Origin: Xylographa opegraphella | Taxonomy: Eukaryota | DNA: 64,000 nucleotides | NCBI GenBank assembly: GCA_022813865.1 | Contig: JALDZX010000053.1 | Coordinates: forward strand, 62,001-126,000 | Reading direction: 5' to 3' | Shown here: in pieces, positions 1 to 11,057 of the stretch | How positions within the stretch are numbered: the first letter of the stretch is position 1 | How the letters are laid out: every line of letters begins with the position of its first letter | Translations under genes and position numbers: made by a program | The notes under the pieces: generated by a model | What the model saw: only the letters and a program-made list of their open reading frames with translations | Databases searched by the model: none | Told to the model about the DNA's origin: nothing

Positions 1-657
1 TGATGGCGAAAGCAGGGAGAGCCGATTCAGGCATAGCAGCCACAGGATAAAATTGAGCTCGTGGCCCGAGCCATAATCTAGACGAGCGCGGGATCCCAGC
101 GAATGCTGTAGATAACTCGATGCCTCCTGCATAGCTTCTTGACTAGGCCCTCCCAACCCTTCATGATACTGGCTAAGGCAAGCTGAAACTGCATCAAAGA
201 AATCCCGGAATGCAGGATTTCCAAACCGGGAAGCACCTTGGTCTATAGGTGGGTTACGCTCAACTTGAGTAGAAATGGACGATAGTATAGTCATTATATG
301 CTGGATTATTGGCGGTTGGGTATTAAGGGTTATAGCGGAAATCTTGGTATTGGCGCAGGCTTCGGAAAGTGAGAACACAAATGCCAGGACGAGTGAATAG
401 CAGGGAGATTTGAGAAACAGTCTGTGGTCACAAGGAGATACCACTCTTTTCGAAGGCTTACGAAACGAGGTTGTATCAATATTTGAAGGAAGTGAAAGAG
501 GGGGTGTCTCTTGTACTGGTAGAGGGTTTTGTGGAGGTGTCCGCCGTTTTGGGGGAACCAGAGCCGGCAGACCATTTGACGGTCTTGACAGGGTGCTGTC
601 GGCGGCAGTAGAAGCAGCACGTGTGGACAGAGTACTTGTAAGTGCTTCCGAAGGCAT
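1..657 (-). CDS. RRD2: PP2A phosphatase activator (PTPA, Rrd2-type); 3' part runs off the window
   Basis: Manual translation from the ATG at 657 is open to the window edge: MPSEALTST...KPSKRVVSP...PPIDQGASRFGNPAFRDFF...SLGSRARLDYGSGHELNFILWLLCL. SRFGNPAF and DYGSGHELNF are PTPA signatures. Missing from the ORF track because it has no stop in the window. Confidence 0.9.
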   Translation of the reverse strand, partial: MPSEALTSTLSTRAASTAADSTLSRPSNGLPALVPPKRRTPPQNPLPVQETPPLSLPSNIDTTSFRKPSKRVVSPCDHRLFLKSPCYSLVLAFVFSLSEACANTKISAITLNTQPPIIQHIMTILSSISTQVERNPPIDQGASRFGNPAFRDFFDAVSACLSQYHEGLGGPSQEAMQEASSYLQHSLGSRARLDYGSGHELNFILWLLCLNRLSLLSPS

Positions 658-1015
658 GATCGTGGGATATAAGCCGAGGTTTCTTCGAAATATGTGCTCT
701 GTAGTCTAGGTTTTCGAATGGCAGATGAAGGCAGATTGAAGGCAGACGCTCGGACCTACTTTAGCCTACTAGAAGCTACCTATCTTAGCGTAGCACTTAG
801 ATAGTCCTAGCTCGCCCAAAAGCAAGCGAGGAACGTCCCGCATTGGTTGGAACTCGGAAGTAATCAAAGCTGTTTGATCGGACACCATAAGGTAACTCGC
901 TGCGAAGGATAGACACTACACAACCGTAGAGAACCTCCAAAGGTATCTCCAGTAGTCTGACTGGAGTATTGCTGCTCCATATATTCACTCCATTGAAACT
1001 TCGAGCATTCCAAGC

Positions 1016-2673
1016 ATGGCGTCTTTGGAGGATCGTGTCACAACACCCACCGAGGTGCCAGCTTCCGAAACCAAAGTGGACTGGGCCGAGGAGAATAGTC
1101 AACTCGATGGTGCTACGGAATTCAATGCAGGAAGCGCAATGACGGAGCCAGAGTACGATGTGGAGGTGAAGCTCATCGATCAGAACTCTCCACTATACTC
1201 TATAAAATCTTTCGAGGAGCTAGGCTTGTTGGTGTCCCGGGGAAGTCTCCTTTAGTTTATACTGACTATCTTGCAAGATCAGAGGCAATTATTAAAGGGA
1301 TCTATACCATGAGATTCCAGCGACCTTCCAAGATCCAAGAAAAGGCACTACCATTGCTACTCAGTAATCCGGCTCAGAACATGATCGGTCAGTCGCAATC
1401 AGGTACTGGAAAAACAGCAGCATTCGTTCTCAACATACTTTCGAGACTGGATCTTTCAACCTTACAATCTCAAAAATCTCCTCAAGCCATGGTACTAGCG
1501 CCCACCCGTGAGCTTGCTCGACAGATTATAGGGGTAATCCAGGTCATGGGAAGTTTCATTGATGGACTTCACGTCTGTGCTGCGATACCAGCTGAAGCAT
1601 CAAAGCGAAACCAGAAGATAGAAGGTGCTGTTGTTGTTGGTACGCCTGGAACAACTATGGATCTCATCAAGAAACGCCTTTTAGATCCATCGAACATCAA
1701 AGTACTTGTGCTAGACGAAGCCGATAATATGCTTGATCAACAAGGTATGGGCGAGCAGTGCATGCGTGTAAAAATGTTTGTTCACTTGAAACTCCTTTCT
1801 GATGCCGTGCTGATCCCGCAAAAAAGGATGTTACGGAAGGATACGATTCAGATTGTACTCTTCTCTGCCACTTTTCCCGACAAAGTTGTAGACTATGCCC
1901 AGAAATTCGCACCCCATGCCAATCAGATAACTTTGCGCCACGATGAGCTTACGGTTGAAGGAATCAAACAGCTGTACATGGATTGCGCGTCCGAACAAGA
2001 TAAGTACGAGGTCTTGGTTAAGCTATATGGGCTTATGACTATTGGATCTTCTATTATATTTGTAAAAGTACGCGAAGTCGACTCATCCTTTGGATTGCAT
2101 ATTGCTGATACCCGAGCAGCGCCGGGATACTGCTGCGGAGATCGAGCGTCGGATGACTGCTGAAGGACACAAAGTTGCATCTCTGACAGGGGCTTTCGAA
2201 GGCCATGAGCGAGACACGATCATAGACGCATTCCGTACAGGATTGGCGAAAGTTCTAATCACCACCAATGTTCTAGCTCGCGGTATCGACGTTCAATCTG
2301 TATCGATGGTCGTCAACTACGTAACAACTTCTCTAGCTATACCTCTCCATCCAGAATGCTGACGCATCCCTAGGACGTGCCCGATGACGGCCGTGGTCAA
2401 CCAGACCCACAAACTTATCTGCACCGCATTGGCCGCACTGGACGGTTTGGTCGCGTTGGTGTCTCCATCTCTTTTGTCTATGACCAGAAGAGCTGGAAAC
2501 AACTTATGGATATCTCCAGATACTTCAATATCACCATGCTCAAAGTCGAGACTAAAGATTGGGATCTCGTGGAAGAGACCATCAAGAAGGTCATCAAGAG
2601 CCCCGCTGCAAACCCTGACTATAAGCCTCAGCAGTCGAGCGAGCCCCAGCACGCAAACGATATTTCCATGTGA
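1016..2673 (+). CDS. DBP5: DEAD-box RNA helicase Dbp5 (mRNA export), 5 exons
   Basis: [55 protein letters not shown] and [13 protein letters not shown] occur across ORFs 1016/1309/2090/2377, joined by short introns. Confidence 0.95.
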
Positions 2674-3238
2674 AATCCGAACAAGAGAGAAAGCAATAGC
2701 TGGGAGAGAACGGCAGCCAAAAGCGAGAGCACTGTCGTTTCGGCCTTCAGATGGTTAGGTGGACTCCAGTGATCAGAGCAATATTTAGCAGAGGACTGTT
2801 TGCATAGCATCTGGCGTCATAGGGTGAGATACCAGGTCTGTGCTCCAGACTGAAACCACTTTCAGGAAGGAAAGGCATGAAACTTGATGAGCAATTTAGC
2901 TAGATGGGGTAAACGTATTAGGAAAAATGGTGGTATCAAGTGTAGAAAGTGTTGCATAATAATGACACTGCGCATGTGACAAAGCAAGTTGAATTTAAAT
3001 CAATACATTATCGTAATCTAATGACGCCAGATGCAAAATATCTAGTCTCACATCTCCTAATCTGCGATCCGACTCTTCCACCACCCCGAGTTCTGGGGCA
3101 GTCATGATGGTGTACTTCTTGAGAGTGATTGTACAGCAGTCTATATGATACAGGTCTTGCAGTGTTGCTGCTGTTTTCGATAATGATGGATCCAGTTTTG
3201 TCGCTGTAAAAAAGGTCTCCGGTATATTCATTACTAAA

Positions 3239-4474
3239 ATGGCGGGCGTACGTGACAAGCCAGGATTCAGGGATACCAAGAAAGCAAAAGCCAGGGACAC
3301 CCAGATGATACATAGTCAGAACAATCATCATGGGCCATCGGCTGAGCTGCAACAATCACTGCTGAACATCTTCAAGGGTAGTCTGACGGAACGCTTCAAT
3401 GCCTCATTGGCACCTTCGATACAGACCGTCAAACGTCACCTCTACAACCGGGAATTCAGCAAAGCCTTCGGCAGCGAGCATCTTCTGGAAGCTTATGCAG
3501 TACGCTGGAGTCCATGTCGCGCACTTGCTTACATGCATCTCATTTGCGGCCTACCAAAGCTCGCAAGTCTTCTGAGTGGTGCTCCACACAATCACTCTAC
3601 AAATGATAGAACCAGGGTATTATATGGTAATACCTCGAGCTTAGGACGTCAGGCCTCACTGTGTGGAGAAACGGTAGCCCACCCAGCTACTTGGACTGAA
3701 GAAGACACTACCTCCAAGGGAAGAATTGTGACTTGTCTAGGAGGGGGTGCTGGTGCAGAGATGATGGCACTCGCTGGCTGCTGGCACTATCTAGCGGCCT
3801 TTTCCGGTGGTGGCGTAGCTCCAGCGGAAAGTAATGAGCCTACCAGACAAGCCTCTGCAGTATTGACCGTCAGGGTCATAGACATGGCGAATTGGGCCAG
3901 TGTGGTTGAGAAGCTGTACCAAGGGACCACGGCAGTGCCGTCAGTCTCCGAGTGCGCAAGCTCCAGTACTCCGACATCTAGGACGCCCCTTCTGTACTCT
4001 GAGTACTTCAAGTTGGCATTTGATCAGCGCGACATTCTCAACCTTGAGGTAGAGTCTCTTGCCATGGCGCTACAGAACTCCAGTCTCGTCACGTTGACAT
4101 TCACCTTGAACGAACTCTACAACACCTCAATGAGCAAGACTACCAAATTCCTGCTCACCTTGACTTATCTTATGGAGCCAGGAATGCTTTTCTTGGTTGT
4201 GGATAGCCCGGGAAGCTATTCAACTGTGAAGCTTAATGGTACCTCCAGAGATACTAAAGATGGAGCAGAAAAAAAATACCCAATGAAATGGCTGCTGGAT
4301 CACACCCTCTTGGAAGCTTCCAGTATTAGTAGCAGCAAGAACACTGCCCAGCAACCCCAATGGGAGAAGCTCGCCTCGAGCGACTCGACCTGGTTCAGGC
4401 TCCAGGATGGTCTTAAGTATCCACTTAAACTGGAGGACATGAGGTATCAGTATCACCTCTATAAACGCATATGA
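3239..4474 (+). CDS. BMT6: 25S rRNA (uridine-N3)-methyltransferase Bmt6-like (DUF3115)
   Basis: 411-aa ORF with YNREFSKAF, LEAYAVRWSPCRAL, SAM-binding CLGGGAGAE, FTLNELY, VVDSPGSYS and LEDMRYQ motifs. Confidence 0.8.
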   Translation: MAGVRDKPGFRDTKKAKARDTQMIHSQNNHHGPSAELQQSLLNIFKGSLTERFNASLAPSIQTVKRHLYNREFSKAFGSEHLLEAYAVRWSPCRALAYMHLICGLPKLASLLSGAPHNHSTNDRTRVLYGNTSSLGRQASLCGETVAHPATWTEEDTTSKGRIVTCLGGGAGAEMMALAGCWHYLAAFSGGGVAPAESNEPTRQASAVLTVRVIDMANWASVVEKLYQGTTAVPSVSECASSSTPTSRTPLLYSEYFKLAFDQRDILNLEVESLAMALQNSSLVTLTFTLNELYNTSMSKTTKFLLTLTYLMEPGMLFLVVDSPGSYSTVKLNGTSRDTKDGAEKKYPMKWLLDHTLLEASSISSSKNTAQQPQWEKLASSDSTWFRLQDGLKYPLKLEDMRYQYHLYKRI

Positions 4475-5175
4475 AGCTCTTACGAGAGAGCCGGAGTCTC
4501 AAGGCCTAACAACCCAAACCCACTCAAACGCACGCTTGCATATACTCTCAAATTGGGCAAAACCAGAAAATAATATCAGCTATAGATCAAAATTGAGAGT
4601 TTGAGCGAGTGCATCCCTCAATGACTTCCAACGCAGTTTCAGGGTAGTATTCAGTGAGCCCATATCTTATTAAGCAAGCACAGAATTACTTCAGCAAGGT
4701 ATCGGCTCAGAATAACGTTGGTTCAAAGCATTTCGCTGGTGGCTTGAAGCTCTCGCTGGGCTTCTCCTCAGAAGAGAAAACAGAGAAAAATCTTACTCTT
4801 TCCTCTGCAACGTGTGAAGGGACAGTGTGCGGATCACTGGTTGTCTGTCCGAGATACCAAGATATGATGGCTCCTTCACTATAAGGCTCGCGACCTTCAA
4901 CCTTGATCATAACCTGCTGATTCGAAGAATATATGAAGATATCACACCATTCGGCTCGAAAGTTTTCCTCTATTATCACTCACTCACAGAGGCAATGAGA
5001 AATCAGTATCACTCAAAACACCGTAACCACTCGTTCCACGGAAGTATTATGGAAGTACTCAAATAATAAGTCAATCATTACTCGCGACACAGTGCATCGT
5101 TCTACGCTTCTGTAATCACAAATAGAGAAGAATGATATGCAGCAATGTTTTTAACAAACGAGTCTCATGACCTAT

Positions 5176-5959
5176 CTACTCATCATCGTCGTCCGCGTCA
5201 TCGTTTACCACATTGAAGAAGCGCAGCTCGTAAACTCCCTTGCTCGTGCTGACCACTCGTAGCCAGTCGCGTAGCTGCTGCTTCTTGAGAAACTTCTTCG
5301 TCCTGAATGTAGCACAGTCAATTAGCATAAGATTCTGGAATTAGATCTGCCATCGAGTCTCAACCCAACCACTACCCTCGTTTCGGTGCTCCAATGACAT
5401 GATTTCAACACCGTGCAGTCACAAGGAAACCAAATTTCACACTCACAGGTATTTCAAATATCTCCCGGAGAATTCCGTGTGCGCCACCACCTCGATCTTG
5501 CCCTCCCCTTGCTGGCTGATCTGCACGGTATCGCCTAAGTTCCCTACACGGCCGTCTACCTTGACCTTGTCGTGGAGGAATTTCTCAAAAGCAGAGACGT
5601 CGAAGATTTTGTCTGAGGCGGGCTGCGAAGCGTTGATGATAAACTGCGTTTTGCAAATCAATACGCGCTTCTTCAACGTGCGGGATATCGATCCATCCGA
5701 GAAAACAGGACAATAACGCGAAGCATAATAGAACACCGCAGCCGTGAGGAAAGAAGACATACTTTCTTGGTCACCTTTCCTCCCTTCACAGTTTTACCCT
5801 TAGGCCCAACGGTCTTCTACAACACCAGATGATTACTTAGCCTACTGTTCTTGAAAGTGCCCGATCATCACCGTGCCCACCCAGATGAGTGGACAGGAGG
5901 AACCGGGCGAACAGCAAAGCAGTGTGATGGGGACATACGCTCGAGGTTTTGGGAGCCAT
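5176..5959 (-). CDS. RPL22: 60S ribosomal protein L22 (eL22), 4 exons
   Basis: Exons read MAPKTSS | [18 protein letters not shown] | [32 protein letters not shown]...YLKYL | [41 protein letters not shown], with canonical GT-AG introns. Confidence 0.97.
5840..5920 (-). promoter_or_regulatory. Predicted nested RNA stem-loop inside RPL22 intron 1
   Basis: Three stacked helices in the pre-mRNA: GCUUUGCUGUUC/GAACAGUAGGC, GCCCGGUU/GAUCGGGC and UGUCCACUC/GGGUGGGCA. The base overlaps the branch motif GCUAAG. Confidence 0.55.
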
Positions 5960-6757
5960 TTCCGTGCCGGTTGATAGGTCGCAAAGAAGTGAATATCCTG
6001 CGCCGAGATCTGTAGAATAGCTGGTGTTCGAGCTCGAAGTTGCGCAAAGTTCCGTGGGCAAAGGCTCGGTAATCTACAACGCTAGGCTTCTTTTGTCCTA
6101 GCATAAGGTAGTTATTAGTATACGATGACCAAGCGAAAGGAGGCACGAATATGAACCATGCTCCAAAGAGCTTTGCGTCTGGGAACAATCCACCACATGG
6201 GGATATACGAGCACTCCTAAGACGCTATTAACATTCCGTGAGTATAATCAGGTCATTGATACGGCAATAAGCGAGCAGGTAGACGGTCCATTTGTTCCTG
6301 AACTGCCAAGCTATCTATCATCAATCACCTTGTGCCCAAGCTCTCGAATATCCTATTGCAAAACAGCCCGCTAATAACGCTTCATAAACAGAGAGTTGAA
6401 GATTTTGGACCAATTTAGCCCTCCCAAGCTTATGTAAATCGAGCTGCCTTTGTTGCTTTAAATATGGGCAAACACAATCCGTCATCAGGCAAGCATAAGA
6501 GAGAACATTTAGATTCGTACAAAGGCACTGCAAGACTTTCTCGCGAGGTCTATTGCCTCGAGAGTGGAAAGGACATTAATCTTGTTCACCAGCAACGTCC
6601 AATTAGGCAAGGCTCACGATGAGATTCTTCTTGAGGTTTGCCTGAAGCAGTCGTGCGGTTGTTGCTGCTTGTAATTGTGTTGTGCGCGAACCAACATGGA
6701 GACACGTCACTGCCATTCTAATCTCTTCAGGTATTCGAGCACAACAGTTCTGTATCT

Positions 6758-9523
6758 TTATTTGAGACTTTCCTTGGACTTCCAGAATCGCATCAGTCTG
6801 CTAATCCTATTCTTGCTCTTTTTCTCTGGTTTTTCAGCGTCTTCTGATTGAGCACGAGATTCGATGGATAATTTGCTCTTCTCTCCATAAGAGCCGCCTA
6901 CCAGCCTAGAGAGACTGGCCAGACTAGACCGCTTCCCAGCGCTGACTGGGCGTGCTCGCCGCGGAACTGTGGCTGAGAAAGACATTGAGCGTTCTCCGCA
7001 TGATCGAGTTTCGGCACAGGTGGAAGTGCGGGGCGGATGTGAGCTGATCATCGTTGAGGCACTGCTGGTCAAAGAAGGTACATCCTCCGTGGAGTAAGTA
7101 GATCCCTGTCCGACTCCGCCAGCCCGCCGTGAGCTTATAGTAGTCCTGTCTGTAATGGAAGAGGTGGCTGTGTGCAACCTTGGAACGTCGAATGAAGTAC
7201 TAGCAAAATCGGGTGAGGATACAGATGAATGGGCTTCTGTGGCATCGAGGTAGTGTAAAGGCCTGGTGAAAGTATAGTCTGTGGGCGTCTCTGGTTGTCC
7301 ACAATTCGAAGTATCGAGCGGTATTACGGATGTGATGGTCGACTCATCGGATGATTTGGTGACAATGGAATAGCGTGGCTCTTCAGCGGCATCCACGATC
7401 TCAATCGGAACTAGATCATCGGGAAGTACGCCGACAGTTGAGGTCTTAGGTTCTCTTTTCGTGTTGCTGGCACCATGAAGTGGTTGGCCACAGCAGCTAT
7501 CAGAACGAGATATGTTCTCTCTCAAGCTGTTAGGATGAATGGCCTCGTCACCGGCATTGACATCTACAATCTGCACCCCGAGGCCGCTCAGATCGTCAAC
7601 TGCAGGCTTCTCTTGGACGCAACTTTGTCCCTTCTCCGATCGAGCAGTGACATCCTCCTCCTCGTCCTCCTCGAACACATCAGCCATCGCAGAATTGCTG
7701 CCCAAACGATTGAGACCAAATGTATGGTAGTCCACAGGAGCCATCTCTGGTGCACTTTCTGCACGACGGTGGTAATGCATGCCAGGTCCAGTGAAGCCGC
7801 CGGTTGCGCCACCACTGTGCATGCGCCGTTTCGTGGATGGATATCTACTCCCCGCTCCTTCTTCAATGTCACCAGGCGCTTCAAGTGGGTATAAGGCGGC
7901 ATCAAGATCCAGTACAGGACTATGGGAATCGGATGACCGGAAGGCCGATGGTTCTCGAGCGCTGAAGCCAGAAAAGTCGGCGTTAGTACGTCTTGGCACA
8001 GCGTACTGAGGGTTATGAATGACATATGTGGTGTCTTCATCAAAGTTCATATCCGCAAGTGAAAAGTCATCTGACAATGCGAAGTCTCCTGGAGAACTCA
8101 GACTAAGATCTTGGGTATCATCTTGGCCACTTGTGTTCCGACTCTTGCCCTTGCGGGACAATATCGATCCTGCCCAAGAACGAACATTCCTCTGTCGCTT
8201 GGCATCTTTCAGCTCAGGTGAAGACCTTGGTCGACCGACTGGGAGGGAGTTGAGCATGACCTGCTCACCATGCCTACGTCTGACATCATTCAGATCTGGG
8301 GGTGGAAGAACACCTTCACGTCTATCATGAGAGAGACTCTTTGAAAACTGCGCAGCTATGTCATCAACGGCAGCCTGGCTCGAGAGCAAGTTTCTCTGCC
8401 TCGGTATTCTGGATGCGATGCCCTCATATAGGTCTGGGCCCGGGCAAGTATTCGCAGACGAGGCTCTTTCCATTATCATCGGCATCCCAGCTTGAACATC
8501 CATAGGTGGGTAGTTGTCCAACATGGCACCCGCAGATCTTGGTCGAGCATCGTTATACTCGATCTCTCGTGGACACTCAGGAATTGCTTGGGCCTTCCTG
8601 ACAGGCAGAGGACTCGAGATATCACCACTCACGATTGATGTAATACTACCGGTGACGGAGTGTGAAGCACGAACAGTGGACATGGAGCTGGAGGTCTCGG
8701 AGGAGATTGTGGAGAGCGGTCTGGGGATGAATTCAACGGTATCCGAGAAGCCCACACGGGGACGGTTCTGTCCAATCGAAGGAGCACTATCTCGGCGAAT
8801 TGAAAGTCGCGAGGAATTGGTATCCGCAGTCGTAATAACCGGTTGAGATGTTGACCTGTCAAGGACCGCATGGGATTGTCGAATCATGTTTGGATCTGAC
8901 GGGGTGTTGGGCACACTCTCAGACATCGATTCTCCTATATCGATCGGTGGCCTGATTATGTTTGACACGTCGTTACTTGAAATTGCACCAGATCGACGAT
9001 GTGCATGGCCACGTCTGCTACCTGGCGGTCCGCGGCGAGCTCCTGAGGGCGAAGGCAGTCCTCCTTCCGCCTTCGTTGGACTTGAGCTCATCAGGCCGCG
9101 TCCAGCTGTTGTTCCGTCTCCTCCAATGAACTCGCTACCACCTCTCCGATGTCCTACACGAGACGGTATTGGCAGACTTCTCGTGGGCGAGTTTGTGGAC
9201 GAGGCGCTCGTGGTGGGAGTGGCTTCCTCGGTCGAAGGATGGAACTCGAAAGGTGGAAAGGCATTAATAGAAATATGCTCTGGCTTAGATCGGCTGGCAC
9301 GTCGCCGACCGTTTCCGGCCTCACCGTTGGAAGCAGAAGTGACCGTGGAAGCGGAGTCTTCGGCCACATGACGAGGTGACTGCATTGGGAAGACGAACGC
9401 TGGGAGAGGCTCACGTGTAGCAGCCAACGAGGAAGGTCCTGCAAAGACATCGGAACCGATCAAGTCATCTCGTTGTAGAGTCAAAGGGGAGCTTGGGGGT
9501 CGAAGAGGAAACACCTCAGCCAT
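6758..9523 (-). CDS. Ser/Pro-rich, largely disordered conserved fungal protein (often labelled 'cell wall proline-rich protein')
   Basis: Single long ORF; first ATG at 9523 (MAEVF). Conserved-looking islands GHRRGGSEFIGG, GHAHRRSGAIS, RVGFSDTVEFIPRPLS, HYHRRAESAPEM, KRSSLASLSRLVG and RLMRFW. Confidence 0.75.
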   Translation of the reverse strand: MAEVFPLRPPSSPLTLQRDDLIGSDVFAGPSSLAATREPLPAFVFPMQSPRHVAEDSASTVTSASNGEAGNGRRRASRSKPEHISINAFPPFEFHPSTEEATPTTSASSTNSPTRSLPIPSRVGHRRGGSEFIGGDGTTAGRGLMSSSPTKAEGGLPSPSGARRGPPGSRRGHAHRRSGAISSNDVSNIIRPPIDIGESMSESVPNTPSDPNMIRQSHAVLDRSTSQPVITTADTNSSRLSIRRDSAPSIGQNRPRVGFSDTVEFIPRPLSTISSETSSSMSTVRASHSVTGSITSIVSGDISSPLPVRKAQAIPECPREIEYNDARPRSAGAMLDNYPPMDVQAGMPMIMERASSANTCPGPDLYEGIASRIPRQRNLLSSQAAVDDIAAQFSKSLSHDRREGVLPPPDLNDVRRRHGEQVMLNSLPVGRPRSSPELKDAKRQRNVRSWAGSILSRKGKSRNTSGQDDTQDLSLSSPGDFALSDDFSLADMNFDEDTTYVIHNPQYAVPRRTNADFSGFSAREPSAFRSSDSHSPVLDLDAALYPLEAPGDIEEGAGSRYPSTKRRMHSGGATGGFTGPGMHYHRRAESAPEMAPVDYHTFGLNRLGSNSAMADVFEEDEEEDVTARSEKGQSCVQEKPAVDDLSGLGVQIVDVNAGDEAIHPNSLRENISRSDSCCGQPLHGASNTKREPKTSTVGVLPDDLVPIEIVDAAEEPRYSIVTKSSDESTITSVIPLDTSNCGQPETPTDYTFTRPLHYLDATEAHSSVSSPDFASTSFDVPRLHTATSSITDRTTISSRRAGGVGQGSTYSTEDVPSLTSSASTMISSHPPRTSTCAETRSCGERSMSFSATVPRRARPVSAGKRSSLASLSRLVGGSYGEKSKLSIESRAQSEDAEKPEKKSKNRISRLMRFWKSKESLK

Positions 9524-10440
9524 GACTGTGAGTTCAGAGTTAAGCGGAGAAAGTTGATTGTGACAACCACGTCTAATAGGCTTGCGCAAGTTCTCAAGCA
9601 GCTTTGCGTTCGTGGAATTGCCTTAGGTCAAGTGGATGCTTGTGGGTATGCGTGGTGTTATTTGGGAGGGGGTGAGGGTTGGTTGAACTCCTGAGCTCGC
9701 CCTCACCAAATTGGCAATTTGATTAGATATGCATGAAATGAAACGCGGTAATGCTGTTTGGCGCAACGATGTTAGTCTCTGCTGGTGGGCACAAAGGATA
9801 GATAGAAGAGTAGAGTGTGGTCGGGAGCCAGTTGCAGAGGGCGTGAGCAGCGGGCGTGAGCAGCGGACAAGCGCACGTACCTTGGGAAACGAGCGACTAC
9901 GCAGAAATGCAGTGGTGCAAAGATGCTACGAGCAAGGGGAAAAGAATGGACGGCGACGATACCAGACAGAGCACGGTCTGTGGATATCGAAGCCCAAAGG
10001 AGTTGACAGAGCTGGCGGAGGGAGGAGGAAGGAGCGGGTGGGAGTTTCGGTGTTGCGTGTTGACGATTGGGGGGGAGAGCAAGTTCGACCAAGTTAGGGA
10101 CTAGATACCTACCTTTACCGAGCTTACATAAGGTACGAGAGGCCCTCGGCCCGTCTGGGGGCAGGCAAGATTAAGGTTCCAAGGGACGAAGCGAAGACCA
10201 GCTCAGGTGCCACCACGACGACACTACCTTAGCCCCCTTACTTACACAGTCCTAGTTCCAGACTCGGACGGAAGACGGACTAACTCTAAAAGGCATAAGC
10301 GGCATAAATATGATGACAGTCACTGTACCGGGCCAAGAGCCACACGGCTAGCCTCGCACCAATTTCCTCGACCACACAGGTGAGTGACCAGGGGGGGATT
10401 CGTGTTTGATTGCGACCCACTACTAAGAAGATAAAGCAGA

Positions 10441-10482
10441 GGAAGACGAAGAAGACGAAGAAGAAGAAGAAGAATGATAATG
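10441..10482. repeat. GAA/GAC-rich trinucleotide microsatellite
   Basis: ggaagacgaagaagacgaagaagaagaagaagaatgataatg. Confidence 0.7.
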
Positions 10483-11057
10483 AGATTAGCTCGGTCGTCA
10501 GCGATGGACGGGACGCAGAAGGGTGCAACAATGTGCGTCGCCCACGATAGAACAGCCCCCGGTACTGATCTTAATCTTAATATTAATGTTTAATATCGGC
10601 GTAAATGGGGATATTTGGCTCAACGCCACCTCCATTTCAGACCTGAGCATATCTCCGGCCACTGGCAGAAGAATCTAGCGAGTCTGGCTCCTACCCTCCC
10701 TCCGAATGCCTTCCCTCGTGACTTCTGCCCGTCTCCGCACGCTCGACGAAGGATATGTACTTTTCCTGTCACATGCCCACGTTCTCCGTATCGAGGCTTC
10801 GACTTCCACGCTCATTGTCCCTGGCCCAAACACTGATGAGCAGTCACATGGTGTTTTCGGGTCGTCAGATCCAGCAGGCCGGATTCGACAGTCGTTGTGT
10901 GAAGAGCAATCGCTAGAATATGGGTATCATGACAATCCACTAGAACAGTCTACACAGCCAGAGACACAGGGATCTACTTGAGACGTTGCTCGATGAGCCA
11001 TCCGGCGAGACACCAGATATTCCCCCCGCTCAAATCCTCCACGGACACCTCGCGACC

